From the NCBI GenBank assembly GCA_050738055.1, contig JBOHYT010000431.1, positions 1 to 37,526 of the forward strand: a DNA stretch of 37,526 nt, written 5' to 3'. A program made the position numbers and the translations under genes. Positions 9,066 to 18,721 of this stretch are shown here, piece by piece. The notes beneath the pieces were generated by a model that was not told the DNA's origin, searched no databases, and saw only the letters and a list, made by a program, of their open reading frames with translations. Source of the DNA: Rhodanobacteraceae bacterium (GTDB lineage Bacteria > Pseudomonadota > Gammaproteobacteria > Xanthomonadales > Rhodanobacteraceae). The first letter of the stretch is position 1. Each line of letters opens with the position of its first letter.

Positions 9066-10024
9066 GGCAGTTCCGCCAGCGCGCTCAGGCAGCGGTGATA
9101 ATGCGCGGTGTCGGTGGCGGGACCGATCGCGCGGCGGTCTTCCAGGATCAGGATCCACGGGCGCGCTGCGGCGTACGCGTCGCACACCCAGCCGGTCAGG
9201 CGCGAGATGCGGGTTTCGCGGTCGAGACCGTACAGGGCGTTCCAGTCGAGGCGCAGCGGCTGGCCGGGGGCGGCGCGGTCGAATTCGCGCACCAGCAGAT
9301 GGTCGTGGCGGGCGCTGGCCTTCCACGCGACGTGGCGAATCGGGTCGCCCGGATGGTAGTCACGCAGCGACGCGAACTCGTCGCCGCCCGCAATGCGTTC
9401 GTTCGGGTCGTCGTTGCGCGTGCGCGGCTTGCCGTCGCGGAGGATGCGCGGATAGACCAGCACGCGCTGTGCCGGCGTGATCCAGCTCCATGCGCGGAAC
9501 AGCCCGAACGGCAGGGTGCTCGACACCTGCATGCGCGGCAGCGGCATCCAGCCGCGCCGCTCGGTGGGCATCGTCACGGTGGCGAAGCTGTTGCCGGATT
9601 CGAGCGGGCACGGCTGCTCCAGCTTGTCGATCGCGATCCGCAGCCCCGGACGCGCCTGGCGGTCGTCGGCGAACGCGAGGTGCAGGGATAGTCGCGCACC
9701 GCAGAATCCGTGGTCGGCGTGCACGGAACGCAGGTTCAGATCGTGCAGCTCGCGCCAGGTCAACAGCATGCTGGACGCCAATGCCGCGCCGAGCATGCAG
9801 GTCAGGAGCAGTGCGGCGTTGTTCTGGTAGTTCAACGCGCCGATCAGCATCGTGGCGAGCAGTACCGCGAAGCCGAGCCCGGCGCGGGTCGGCACGATGT
9901 AGATGCGGCGGCTGTCGAGGCGTACCGGCAGGGGTTCCGGCTTGCGTCCGCGCATCAGGCTGCGCGACCAGCGCCGCACGCGTGCCGCGCTCCCGGAAGG
10001 CGTCGTGGTTGCGGCCGTGTCCAC
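9062..10024 (-). CDS. DUF58-family protein (start GTG 10024; alternative ATG 9955)
   Basis: RRIYIVPTRAGLGFAVLL...LNYQNN N-terminus and EFASLRDYHPGDPIRHVAWKASAR motif typical of DUF58. Lies 12 nt downstream of the moxR stop. Confidence 0.8.
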   Translation of the reverse strand: MDTAATTTPSGSAARVRRWSRSLMRGRKPEPLPVRLDSRRIYIVPTRAGLGFAVLLATMLIGALNYQNNAALLLTCMLGAALASSMLLTWRELHDLNLRSVHADHGFCGARLSLHLAFADDRQARPGLRIAIDKLEQPCPLESGNSFATVTMPTERRGWMPLPRMQVSSTLPFGLFRAWSWITPAQRVLVYPRILRDGKPRTRNDDPNERIAGGDEFASLRDYHPGDPIRHVAWKASARHDHLLVREFDRAAPGQPLRLDWNALYGLDRETRISRLTGWVCDAYAAARPWILILEDRRAIGPATDTAHYHRCLSALAELP

Positions 10025-10035
10025 GCCGGCGCCTG

Positions 10036-11007
10036 CTACTCGACCGCGACGGAGTCCAGCAGCGCCTGCGCCAGCGCATCGCGCGCCACGCTTCGCGCCG
10101 GGATCAGTCGATGGCCCGCGACGCCGACGAACACCGCCTGCACGTCTTCCGGCAACACGTAGTCGCGGTCGCCGAGCAGCGCCCACGCGCGGGCGCAGGC
10201 CAGCAGGGCGAGTCCCGCACGCGGCGACAGGCCGGTACGAATGTCGTGGTGCCTGCGGCTGGCGGCGAGCAGCGCCTGCACATAGTCCAGCAACGCCGGG
10301 CTCGCCGTCGCGGCGCGTGCCTGCAGACGCAGGCTCAGGATGTCGGGGCCGCTGAGGCACGGGCTGAGTCGTCCGACCAGATGCGAGCGGTCCTCGCCAG
10401 TCAGCAGCCGGCGTTCGGCCTCGGCGTCCGGATAATCCAGCGCGATCCGCAGCATGAAGCGGTCGAGTTGCGAGTCCGGCAGCGGATAGGTGCCGGCCAT
10501 GTCCAGCGGATTCTGGGTGGCGATCACGAAAAACGGCTGTTGCAGGACGCGGCTCGCGCCGTCCACGGTGACCTGGCCTTCCGCCATTGCCTCCAGCAGC
10601 GCGCTCTGGGTCTTGGGGGTCGCGCGGTTGATTTCGTCGGCCAGCAGCAACTGGGCAAAGATCGGCCCGGACTGGAACCGGAACTCGCCGCTGTCACGCT
10701 CGAAAACGCTGACGCCGACGATGTCGCTCGGCAACAGGTCGGATGTGAACTGGATGCGCCGGAAGCTCAGCCCCAGCGTCGCCGCCAGCGCGTGGGCGAG
10801 GGTGGTTTTGCCGACCCCGGGCACGTCTTCCACCAGCAGATGGCCGCCAGCCAGAAGGCAGGTGAAGGCCATCCGTACCGCCAGGTTCTTGCCGACCACG
10901 ACATCGTTGACCTGGATGAGCGCGGCATCCAGGCGCTGGCGCGGCAAAGCCGCCGCGGATGTCGGGACCGCCTCGGTGGCGGCGACGAAGTTCTGATCCA
11001 TGAGCAT
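10036..11007 (-). CDS. AAA+ ATPase, MoxR family
   Basis: Walker A GVPGVGKT. Walker B LLADEINRA. FVIATQNP. GAGG located 9 nt before the ATG at 11007. Confidence 0.9.
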   Translation of the reverse strand: MLMDQNFVAATEAVPTSAAALPRQRLDAALIQVNDVVVGKNLAVRMAFTCLLAGGHLLVEDVPGVGKTTLAHALAATLGLSFRRIQFTSDLLPSDIVGVSVFERDSGEFRFQSGPIFAQLLLADEINRATPKTQSALLEAMAEGQVTVDGASRVLQQPFFVIATQNPLDMAGTYPLPDSQLDRFMLRIALDYPDAEAERRLLTGEDRSHLVGRLSPCLSGPDILSLRLQARAATASPALLDYVQALLAASRRHHDIRTGLSPRAGLALLACARAWALLGDRDYVLPEDVQAVFVGVAGHRLIPARSVARDALAQALLDSVAVE

Positions 11008-11098
11008 GCCTGAAAACCTCGGTGCGCGGCAGTGTACGACAGCGTTTGTCGCAAAAGCGCGAATGTGGCTCACAAGCGTATCGGGCGGCAACCTGGTT

Positions 11099-11194
11099 GC
11101 GTAGGGCGGGTCTTGACCCGCCGGCGTCATCGAGCGCGTAGGGCGGGTCTTGACCCGCCGCCATCAACAACCGGCGGGTCAAGACGCGCCCTAC
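11099..11194. repeat. REP cluster: two direct units and one inverted unit of GCGTAGGGCGGGTCTTGACCCGCC
   Basis: Units at 11099-11124, 11136-11162 and, inverted, 11173-11194. Same family as 5733-5820. Confidence 0.8.
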
Positions 11195-11201
11195 CGAGTC
11201 G

Positions 11202-12293
11202 TTACGACGCATGAAACAGCGCCGCCTCGAACACCAGACCCGGGCCGAAGCCAAGCGCGACGATGGGACCGACAGCGCCATGAGCACGCATGCGTTGCAG
11301 GATAAAAAGCACCGTCGGCGAGGACATGTTTCCGTGTTCGGCGAGTACCGTGCGGGATGGGTTGCCCGCCGTGACCGGCACCCCGAGTGAATCGATCGCG
11401 GCATGGATGATTTCCGGGCCGCCGGGATGGATTGCCCAATGCGCGACATCGCCAACCGCCAATCCATGCGATGCGAGCCATGGCTCCAGCCATTCCTTCA
11501 ACGATGCGCGGATCCGCCGCGGTACTTCCTGCGTCAAGCCCATCTCGAAACCGTGATCGCCGATGCGCCAGGTCATGGCCTCGGAAGAATCGTGCGTCAG
11601 CAGGCTGGCGGTGCCCTGCAAATGCAAACCCGCACCATTCGTCGGTGCAAGAACCGCGGCGGCGGCACCATCGGCGAACAATGCATTCGCGATCACTTGT
11701 TGCGGATTCCAGCCATAACAGAAATGCAGGCTGCACAATTCGACGCAACACAGCAGCACGCGGGCATCGGGCCGGCTTTCCGCCAGCGCGGACGCGGCGC
11801 GCAAACCGTTGAGCGCGCCGTGACAGCCCATGAAACCGAGGTTCAACCGCCCCACGTCGCGTGGCAATCCGAGCTCCTGGATCAACTCGGCATCCAGCCC
11901 CGGCGAGAACAGGCCGGTGCATGAAACCGTGACCAGATGCGTGATGTGCATGGGTTCGATCGCGGAATCGGCGAAAGCGGCATGGCAGGCGCGAGCGGCC
12001 AGCTTGCCCGCTTCCTGCATGTAACGCGCGAGTCGGACCGCCGTCGTCGGTCCGCGATCGTCGGCTGTCTCGCGACGTCGATAGAAAGCCTCGATGGACG
12101 CATGGTCGTCATCGTGATGGAGCAACACGCTGCCGCGTCGCCGCACGCCGCTTGCGCGATAAATGCGTTCCAGCCAGCCGCGTTCGCGTTGATTGCCACA
12201 GCAACGCTCGGCCGCCAGCCCGGTCGCGATCTCCTGGGAAAAGGACGCCACCGGAACCGCCGTGCCAAGCGTGTGGACGGCCACCGCGCTCAC
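11202..12293 (-). CDS. Type III polyketide synthase (chalcone/stilbene synthase superfamily); start GTG 12293, alternative ATG 12335
   Basis: Catalytic triad contexts VSCTGLFSPGLD (Cys), IHPGGPEII (His) and GNMSSPTVLF (Asn). GTGA overlap with the upstream stop. Confidence 0.85.
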   Translation of the reverse strand: MSAVAVHTLGTAVPVASFSQEIATGLAAERCCGNQRERGWLERIYRASGVRRRGSVLLHHDDDHASIEAFYRRRETADDRGPTTAVRLARYMQEAGKLAARACHAAFADSAIEPMHITHLVTVSCTGLFSPGLDAELIQELGLPRDVGRLNLGFMGCHGALNGLRAASALAESRPDARVLLCCVELCSLHFCYGWNPQQVIANALFADGAAAAVLAPTNGAGLHLQGTASLLTHDSSEAMTWRIGDHGFEMGLTQEVPRRIRASLKEWLEPWLASHGLAVGDVAHWAIHPGGPEIIHAAIDSLGVPVTAGNPSRTVLAEHGNMSSPTVLFILQRMRAHGAVGPIVALGFGPGLVFEAALFHAS

Positions 12294-13429
12294 TTGGGTA
12301 CCGCCGCGGGTGGCCTGAAGTTCCGATTCAACCATGCCGAAAGCGGCGAGATCAGCGCGGGCATGGCGCCCACGATCGGCAACGCCGCCGCAAGCAAACC
12401 AGGATGGCGCAGCAGTCTTGCCATGCCGCGGCAAACACGTTGTCGCGCGCGCACATTCCTGGCGTGCAATGCACTCCAGCGCGCGACGACGGCGTCGTCC
12501 CAACGCGTGACCGCTTCCCGTGCGAGCGACGCCGCCATGGCCGCATCCATCAATGCCCAGGCCATGCCTTCTCCGGTGAACGGCTCCACGTAGCCGGCGG
12601 CATCGCCAAGGATCAGTACGCGCTCGGCACCGAGCGCGCGGCGACTGCGGGTGAGATGCGGCGTGCCATGCCAATCGACGCCACGCAGATTTTCGATGGA
12701 CGGAAATCCCGCGGCATCGAGGATGTCCGCGATGGCCCGCGCCGGGCCGCCCATGCTGCCGCACCACGCAGGATCCAAGGCGGCGGCGATATTGGCAGTC
12801 CCGTCTTCCGCGCGCACCAATCCGACATAGCCACGCTGGGTGCAGGCCATGTGGATGGTGCCCGCGCGGTACGCGGACGGAATATCACGGAGCGTGCCTC
12901 CCACCCCGATGCGTGCAGCGCGCGCGACCCGCCAATCGATGCCCGGCAGCAAGCGGCTGGCGAGTCCGCCGCAATCCAGCACCACGCGCGCGGAGACGAA
13001 GCGCTGGCGGGAGCCTTGTCGCAGCGCCACCTCGCGATGGTGGAGCGTTGCTTTCCCGAGACTCGCGCGCGTGCCGGATACAAACCGTGCGCCGGCACGG
13101 ACCGCGTGCTCGACAAGCAGCGCATCCAGGCGCCTGCGCGACATCGCAAGTCCCGCGGGTAATGGCAATTCGGCTGCGCGGCGACCGCACGCCAGTCGCA
13201 TGCGCGCATAAACGCGGCCTCCACTCACGTCGATCCCCGCATTGGTGAGCGCGCGCAATGCGGCCGCATTGAGGCAACCGCCGCAGACCTTGTCGCGCGG
13301 CCACGCCGCTTTTTCGACCAGCAGAACGCGTAGTCCCAGTCGCGCGAGATGCAAGGCACTCAGTGCGCCGGCCACCCCGGAACCGACGACCACGACCTCC
13401 CATTCGCCCGGCAGATTATCCACGGGCAC
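12290..13429 (-). CDS. FAD-dependent oxidoreductase (geranylgeranyl-reductase-like flavoprotein family)
   Basis: N-terminal VVVVGSGVAGALSALHLARLGLRVLLVEK dinucleotide fold. GDAAGYVEPFTGEGM motif. GTG start overlaps the methyltransferase 3' end by 14 nt. Confidence 0.8.
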   Translation of the reverse strand: MPVDNLPGEWEVVVVGSGVAGALSALHLARLGLRVLLVEKAAWPRDKVCGGCLNAAALRALTNAGIDVSGGRVYARMRLACGRRAAELPLPAGLAMSRRRLDALLVEHAVRAGARFVSGTRASLGKATLHHREVALRQGSRQRFVSARVVLDCGGLASRLLPGIDWRVARAARIGVGGTLRDIPSAYRAGTIHMACTQRGYVGLVRAEDGTANIAAALDPAWCGSMGGPARAIADILDAAGFPSIENLRGVDWHGTPHLTRSRRALGAERVLILGDAAGYVEPFTGEGMAWALMDAAMAASLAREAVTRWDDAVVARWSALHARNVRARQRVCRGMARLLRHPGLLAAALPIVGAMPALISPLSAWLNRNFRPPAAVPK

Positions 13430-14141
13430 GCGTGGCGTCCGGCGAGCCCGACCAGGTCATCACGAACCGCTGTGGCCAACTGCGTTCAAAATGCGCATCG
13501 TGCAAACCTGCTTGATCCGCCAACGCGCGGGCCTCGGGTACGCTGAGCGCGGCGCGGACGGAGCGAAGGCCATCTTCATGCACGATGAACGAGCGTGACA
13601 GCAACTGCGTTCCGATCCATGCCAGTGCGTAACCGGACCGCCCGCGAATCAGGTCACTGATCACCAGGTGATCGGTTTGCGCCGCGAGCCGGCGCAACAG
13701 CGCGACGATTTGTGCATCGCCCAGATGATGCAGGAACAGCGTGCAGAGGATGACCGTGTAACGTTGCGGCAGTGGATCGGTCAGCACGTCCGCGTGGAAG
13801 AATTTCACCGGCTCGCCAGCCTTCTCCGCGGCCAGAGCCGCGTGACGCAGCGCCGTCTCGCTGATGTCACAACCTTGTACTTCCAGCACGAAACCGCCTT
13901 TCCGCGCCCGCCGGTTCAGCGCGAGGGCAACATCCCCTCCGCCGCATGCAACATCGAGCAACGAGGCGGACGTGCCGCGCCGCGTACCAAGGATCCGGGC
14001 GAGCGATGGCCACAGGCTCGACGCTGTGCGGCTGATCGCATTGATACGGCGCAATCCCCGCAGCGCCAGATCGTGCGCAGGCGCATCCAGAGCGGGATCG
14101 TCCATCAACTCGCCAACGATTTCACGTCGCGTCAGTGACAT
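13416..14141 (-). CDS. Class I SAM-dependent methyltransferase
   Basis: ELMDDP...L..L.RIN N-terminus. Motif I LLDVACGGGDVA. 241 aa. First gene of the three-gene minus-strand operon. Confidence 0.8.
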   Translation of the reverse strand: MSLTRREIVGELMDDPALDAPAHDLALRGLRRINAISRTASSLWPSLARILGTRRGTSASLLDVACGGGDVALALNRRARKGGFVLEVQGCDISETALRHAALAAEKAGEPVKFFHADVLTDPLPQRYTVILCTLFLHHLGDAQIVALLRRLAAQTDHLVISDLIRGRSGYALAWIGTQLLSRSFIVHEDGLRSVRAALSVPEARALADQAGLHDAHFERSWPQRFVMTWSGSPDATRARG

Positions 14142-14346
14142 TGTCGTGGTGTAGACAGCTGGATTCCTTCCAGATGGTCATTGCTTCGATGCAGTTTCGC
14201 GGGCGCCCGTGTTGTCGCAAGACGTCTCGATACGCGCCTGCCGCGACATGCAATGCCTCAAAATTCCGCTGAACCGCGTGCGGACTTCTCCACGGTACCA
14301 CGGTCGCGGACGGCGAGCCGCCGAGGCCGTGAGCGTCCCCAAGGAA

Positions 14347-15239
14347 TCACAGTGCGAGCTGCGCGTACACGCCGATCTCGCGGTCGCTCGTGAGCACACG
14401 CTTGCTGTCCGTCAGGCGCTCGCGCTTGTACAAGGCGGCGGTGCGCAGTTGCTTGCGAAGGCGCCACTCGACACCGAGATTCGAGTAGCCGTCGCGCTGC
14501 CCGGGATCGAGCACGACGCTGGTGGCGGTGTCATCGTGTCGCGCGAACAGCCCGGCCTTCGGAGTCACCTGCACGCTGGCCCACGTCGACCAGCCGTGCG
14601 CGCGGTCGGTCTGGGGAACTGTCACCTGGCGCCAATCGTCGGCACGGAAATACTGCGCGCCCACACGCCAGCGATCGTTCGCGAATGCCACCATCGCGTT
14701 CTGGCGTCGGGCAGTGTGCAGCGCCACCGCGCCATCCACGTTCTGCGCGAGCTTGCCACGGTAGCCGCCCACCGCGATCACCATGTTCCGTGTCGGCAAC
14801 CAGTCCAGCCTTGCCTCGACATCCACGCTGTTGCCGATGCGCGGCTCCTTGAAGCCGGCGCCGGTGATGCCGGACACGGCATATTGAAACTGGTCGTGCG
14901 GACCGAAGTCCCCCAGGGTATGCACGCCCCAGTCCGCCGAGCCGCCGAACTTGAGCCGCGTCACCAGTTCCTTGTCGACATAGCGGTAGCCGTATGCACC
15001 GACCACACGTTGCTGAAGCCATGGTCGATGCTGATGTAGAAGCGTTTGAGATCGACGCCATTGCCACTGTTGCCGGTGCGCATGCCGTTGCGGTACTGGT
15101 CGATGTGGCTGATGTCGGCGAACAGCGTGGTATTCATCGTGGTCTCGCCGGGCGCGAGCTCCGCGGCACGGACCGGTACCAAGGCAAACAGCAACATTCC
15201 CACCAAGCCAGCCAGCGCGCCCCGCTGCAACGCCGGCAT
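14347..15239 (-). pseudogene. Outer-membrane beta-barrel porin-like gene interrupted by a 1-nt frameshift near 14990-15012
   Basis: Signal peptide and N-terminus (MPALQRGALAGLVGMLLFALVPVRA...KRFYISIDHGFSNVWS) are in one frame, ending at the stop at 14961. The barrel-like remainder (GAYGYRYVDKELVTRLKFGG...GVYAQLAL) is in another frame. The span is 893 nt, not a multiple of 3. ATGA overlap with the upstream cytochrome gene. Confidence 0.6.
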
Positions 15240-16261
15240 CAATGCATTCCGGTCTTGCCAGCGGGTGATGAGCCCAGCACGTGCCCATTGACTTCGATGC
15301 CGTACAGCGACCACTTGCTGTCGTGGAACTTCTTGCGGGTTTCGGCGATGCTGCCGGTGTAGCGCGGATCCTGCGGGCGCTCGTGCGCATCCATGTAATA
15401 GGCCACGTCCCAGGCGTCCTGATCGCTCAGGGTGCCGCCGCGGCTGAACGGCATGTTGGCCTTGATGAAGGCGGCGGCGTTGTCCAGGTTGCCCATGCCG
15501 GCGCCCCAGTTGAACGACTCCGGTCCCCACAGTTGCGGGAACACGAGCGTGCCTGCCACGCTCTGCCCTTGGCCATCGTCGCCGTGGCACAGCGCGCAGT
15601 TGTGCTCGTAGACATTCTGCCCGCGCGCATAACTCGGCGGTTCGGATGGTGTGAAGCCCTGCTTGGGAAAACCGGCGCCTTGCAGCGTGACACCCGTCGG
15701 TGCGCCCTTGGCCATCCAGAAGGAATACGCCTCGAGCGCCTTGATGATCTCGCCATCGGCCGGGGGCGGCTTGCCGTTCATGCTGAACGTGAAGCAGCCC
15801 TGCAGGCGTTCGGCGTAGCTGTTGACCTGGTGGTTCTTGGACCGGTACTTCGGATACACCACCCACGCGCCCCACAGCGGCGCGGAATTGGCGCGGCGGC
15901 CGGCATCGAGGTGGCAGTTGCTGCAGTTGAGATCATTGCCGACATAGGCGCCGGCGTTGGCGCGCGTGTGCGTGAAAATGGCTTGGCCCTTGCGCACCAT
16001 TGCACCGAATTCATTGTCGGGGATGGCCGATGCCGGTGGCGGCGCGAATACTGTCGATGAAGCTGTGGCTGGCGGTGTCGGCGCGGCGCTCGCGGTTGCG
16101 CTGGATGTTGCGACACTGGAAGACACCGAAGCCGCAGAGCCGAGCGCGGCCGATGTCTCAACGGCCGAAGGGTTCGATGGCCCCCCCGAGCACGCGGTCA
16201 GCAGCAACGGCGCTGCGGCAGCAGCCAGAACAACGAGCAAGCCAGAGGTCGATGCTTTCAT
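15239..16261 (-). CDS. Dihaem c-type cytochrome lipoprotein, TsdA (thiosulfate dehydrogenase)-like
   Basis: Lipobox LLLTAC. Ser/Ala/Thr/Pro linker. Two haem motifs, CSNCH and CALCH. GCFTFSMNG segment resembles the Cys-ligand region of TsdA/SoxA-type proteins. Confidence 0.65.
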   Translation of the reverse strand: MKASTSGLLVVLAAAAAPLLLTACSGGPSNPSAVETSAALGSAASVSSSVATSSATASAAPTPPATASSTVFAPPPASAIPDNEFGAMVRKGQAIFTHTRANAGAYVGNDLNCSNCHLDAGRRANSAPLWGAWVVYPKYRSKNHQVNSYAERLQGCFTFSMNGKPPPADGEIIKALEAYSFWMAKGAPTGVTLQGAGFPKQGFTPSEPPSYARGQNVYEHNCALCHGDDGQGQSVAGTLVFPQLWGPESFNWGAGMGNLDNAAAFIKANMPFSRGGTLSDQDAWDVAYYMDAHERPQDPRYTGSIAETRKKFHDSKWSLYGIEVNGHVLGSSPAGKTGMH

Positions 16262-16412
16262 GGCGTGCGTCCCTTGGCATCCAGCGGTTGTGCGGCGAAC
16301 CACTTGGAGACGGCTTCGATGTCGTGTTCGCTGAGCGCAGAGGAAACATGCCCCATCAGGTCGAGCGGATCATTGTGGCGGGCATGATTGAACGCGGACT
16401 ACTCATGAAACG

Positions 16413-16487
16413 TCGTCATTCCGGGGCCATTGCCGGCTCCATCGGCGGTTCTGTCCGCCAACAGCGCGGGCAGCCCCGGAATGACGA
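16413..16487. mobile_element. MITE-like element, copy 2 (internally deleted, 75 bp)
   Basis: TCGTCATTCCGGGGCCATTGCCGGCTCCATCGGCGG...CAGCGCGGGCAGCCCCGGAATGACGA. Both termini and subterminal sequence match 26076-26294. Confidence 0.65.
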
Positions 16488-16534
16488 ACTGATTATGTTG
16501 AGCTCAGCGCTAGTCAGGCTATTCCGTGCGCGAG

Positions 16535-18130
16535 TCAAAACAGGAAGTAGCGCTGCGCCATGGGCAATTCCCGCGCCGGCGCGTGATCAATCAACTTGCC
16601 GTCGATGCGAACCGCGTAGGTATCGGGGTCGACTTCGATGCGGGGCGTTGCCGTGTTTTCCGGCAGATCTGCCTTGGTGGTGTGTCGGCAATCATCGATC
16701 GCGACCAGTTTGCGCTGGATCCGCAGCCGCTCGGCAAGGCCATCGTCCACCGCCGCGCGCGACACGAACGCCACGCTGGTCGAGGTGACTGCCGGGGTGA
16801 AGAAATTGAACCCGAGGCGTTCCAATACCGGTTGCGGCGTCGGGATGGACGCATTGGGGTCGCCCAGCGCCGCGATCGCCGCCATCCCGCCCTTGAAAAC
16901 GGCATGCGGCCGCACGCCGAACAACGCCGGCTGCCACAGCGCGAAATCCGCCATCTTGCCGACTTCGATCGAACCCACGTGGCGCGGGATCCCGTGCGCG
17001 AAGGCCGGGCAAATCGTGTATTTGGCCACATACCGCCGCGCACGCTGGTTGTCGGCGCGCCCATCGCCCGGCAGCGGGCCACGGATCTTCTTCATGCGGT
17101 GTGCCGTCTGCCAGGTGCGAATGATGACTTCACCCATGCGTCCCATGGCCAGCTCATCGGAGGACATGATGGACAAGGCGCCCATGTCCTGCAGCACGTC
17201 TTCGGCGGCAATCGTGCCCGCGCGCACGCGGCTTTCGGCAAAGGCCAGATCGTTGGGCACCTGCGGGTTCAGATGGTGCGTCACCATCACCATGTCCAGG
17301 TGTTCATCCACCGTGTTGACGGTGTACGGGCGCGTGGGATTGGTCGAGGCCGGCAATACATTCGGCTCGCCCGCGATGCGGATGATGTCCGGCGCGTGGC
17401 CGCCGCCCGCGCCTTCGGTGTGGTAGGCGAGGAATGTGCGCCCCGCGACGGCTTGCAAAAGATCTTCGACGAAACCCGCTTCGTTCAACGTGTCGGAGTG
17501 GATCGCCACCTGCACGCCGGATTCGTCCGCCACCGTCAGCGCGGCATCCACTGCGGCGGGCGTCGCGCCCCAGTCTTCGTGCACCTTGAAGCCGCCGGCA
17601 CCGGCGCGCAATTGTTCCCACAGGGCTTCATGCGACACGGTATTGCCGCGCCCCAGCATCAGGAAATTGAGCGGCCAGGGATCCATGCCTTCAAACATTT
17701 TTTCCAGCCACCAGGCACCCGGTGTTGCGAGCGTTGCCTTGGACCCTTCCCCCGGACCGGTACCGCCGCCCACCACCGTGGTGATCCCGGCGGCCAGCGT
17801 CACCTTGAACATGTCCGGGCCGACGAAATGCACGTGGGTATCGAGGGCGCCGGCGGTCATGATGAGCCCATTGCCCGACATGATTTCGGTGGAAGGGCCA
17901 ATCACGAGATCCGGATGCACGCCATCCATGGTTTCGGGATTGCCGGATTTTCCGATCGCCACGAACCGGCCGTCGCGCACCCCCACGTCGGCCTTGATGA
18001 TGCCCCAGTGATCCAGGATCACGACGCCTGTGATCACCAGATCCGGCGTGCCCTGGGAGCGCGTCACACTGGCCTGGCCCATGGATTCGCGGATGGTCTT
18101 GCCGCCGCCGAACACCGATTCATCGCCGGC
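16535..18130 (-). pseudogene. ureC: Urease alpha subunit (ureC) lacking about the first 45 codons; orphan, with no ureA/B/D/E/F/G in the window
   Basis: Homology begins at (A)[18 protein letters not shown]. Has [39 protein letters not shown] and SSDELAMGR, and ends ...MAQRYFLF. The only in-frame start is GTG 18115, with no RBS. Confidence 0.8.
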
Positions 18131-18477
18131 GTGCGCGCGTTGCCCGGAGCGACGACCGCGGCCACGCGGTCGTGATACACCTCCGAGTCGCCGAAATACT
18201 CATCGTGGACCTGCTTGCCGGCGGGAAGCTCGACCGCCGCGACCCGCTGCGGTTTGCCCTCGATCTTGAGCTGCTTGCGATACAGGTAATACCCGGGTGC
18301 GATGTCCCACGCGATCGTCAACGTGTGATCATCGTTGCCGGTTACCTGATACGAAAATGCCTGATCCGGCGGCAGGAAATCGCTGCCGCCGAGCTGCGCC
18401 GAAGCAGCCACGGACACGACCAGGCCGACGAGCAGGGCGGTGAGCAGGAGCAAGATGCGCGACACGGCAGATGGCAT
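18064..18477 (-). pseudogene. dsbD: Thiol:disulfide interchange protein DsbD, N-terminal fragment only (signal peptide plus part of the alpha domain)
   Basis: FLPPDQAFSY...TLTIAWDIAPGYYLYRKQLKI...[22 protein letters not shown] parallels E. coli DsbD-alpha. Similarity stops near 18151, before the catalytic Cys pair. The ORF then runs out of frame into ureC sequence to the stop at 18064. Confidence 0.7.
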
Positions 18478-18721
18478 GGCCTTGAATACAGGGCGCCATC
18501 GTCGCGCGTGCCGATTACGTCATGATTAAGGCTCTGCACGCGCGCGGGGCGGCAGCCGGCCAAGAACCGAAGCCCGACGTCACGGTCAGGCTTCCTGAGA
18601 GATGTCGTCGAAATCGCCGGCAAAAGGTCGTGCGCTCGTCGTCGCCACCGCAGAAGTTACATGCGATGTCCGTAGCGACGACTGAGTTGATGGGAACTTT
18701 CGGTCACGGTAGTCTCCGCGC

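Noticed and set aside
7293-9098. 601-aa ORF on the plus strand, antisense to tgpA. Other similar cases are 16526-18175 (+) antisense to ureC, 34958-36592 (-) antisense to fabF, 9490-11013 (+), 1062-2114 (-), and the N-terminal 360 codons of the 26004-28415 ORF.
   Set aside because: Arg/Ala/Pro/Gly-dominated composition with no recognisable motifs. Each lies opposite or upstream of a gene with clear family signatures. Long stop-free antisense frames are expected in DNA this GC-rich.
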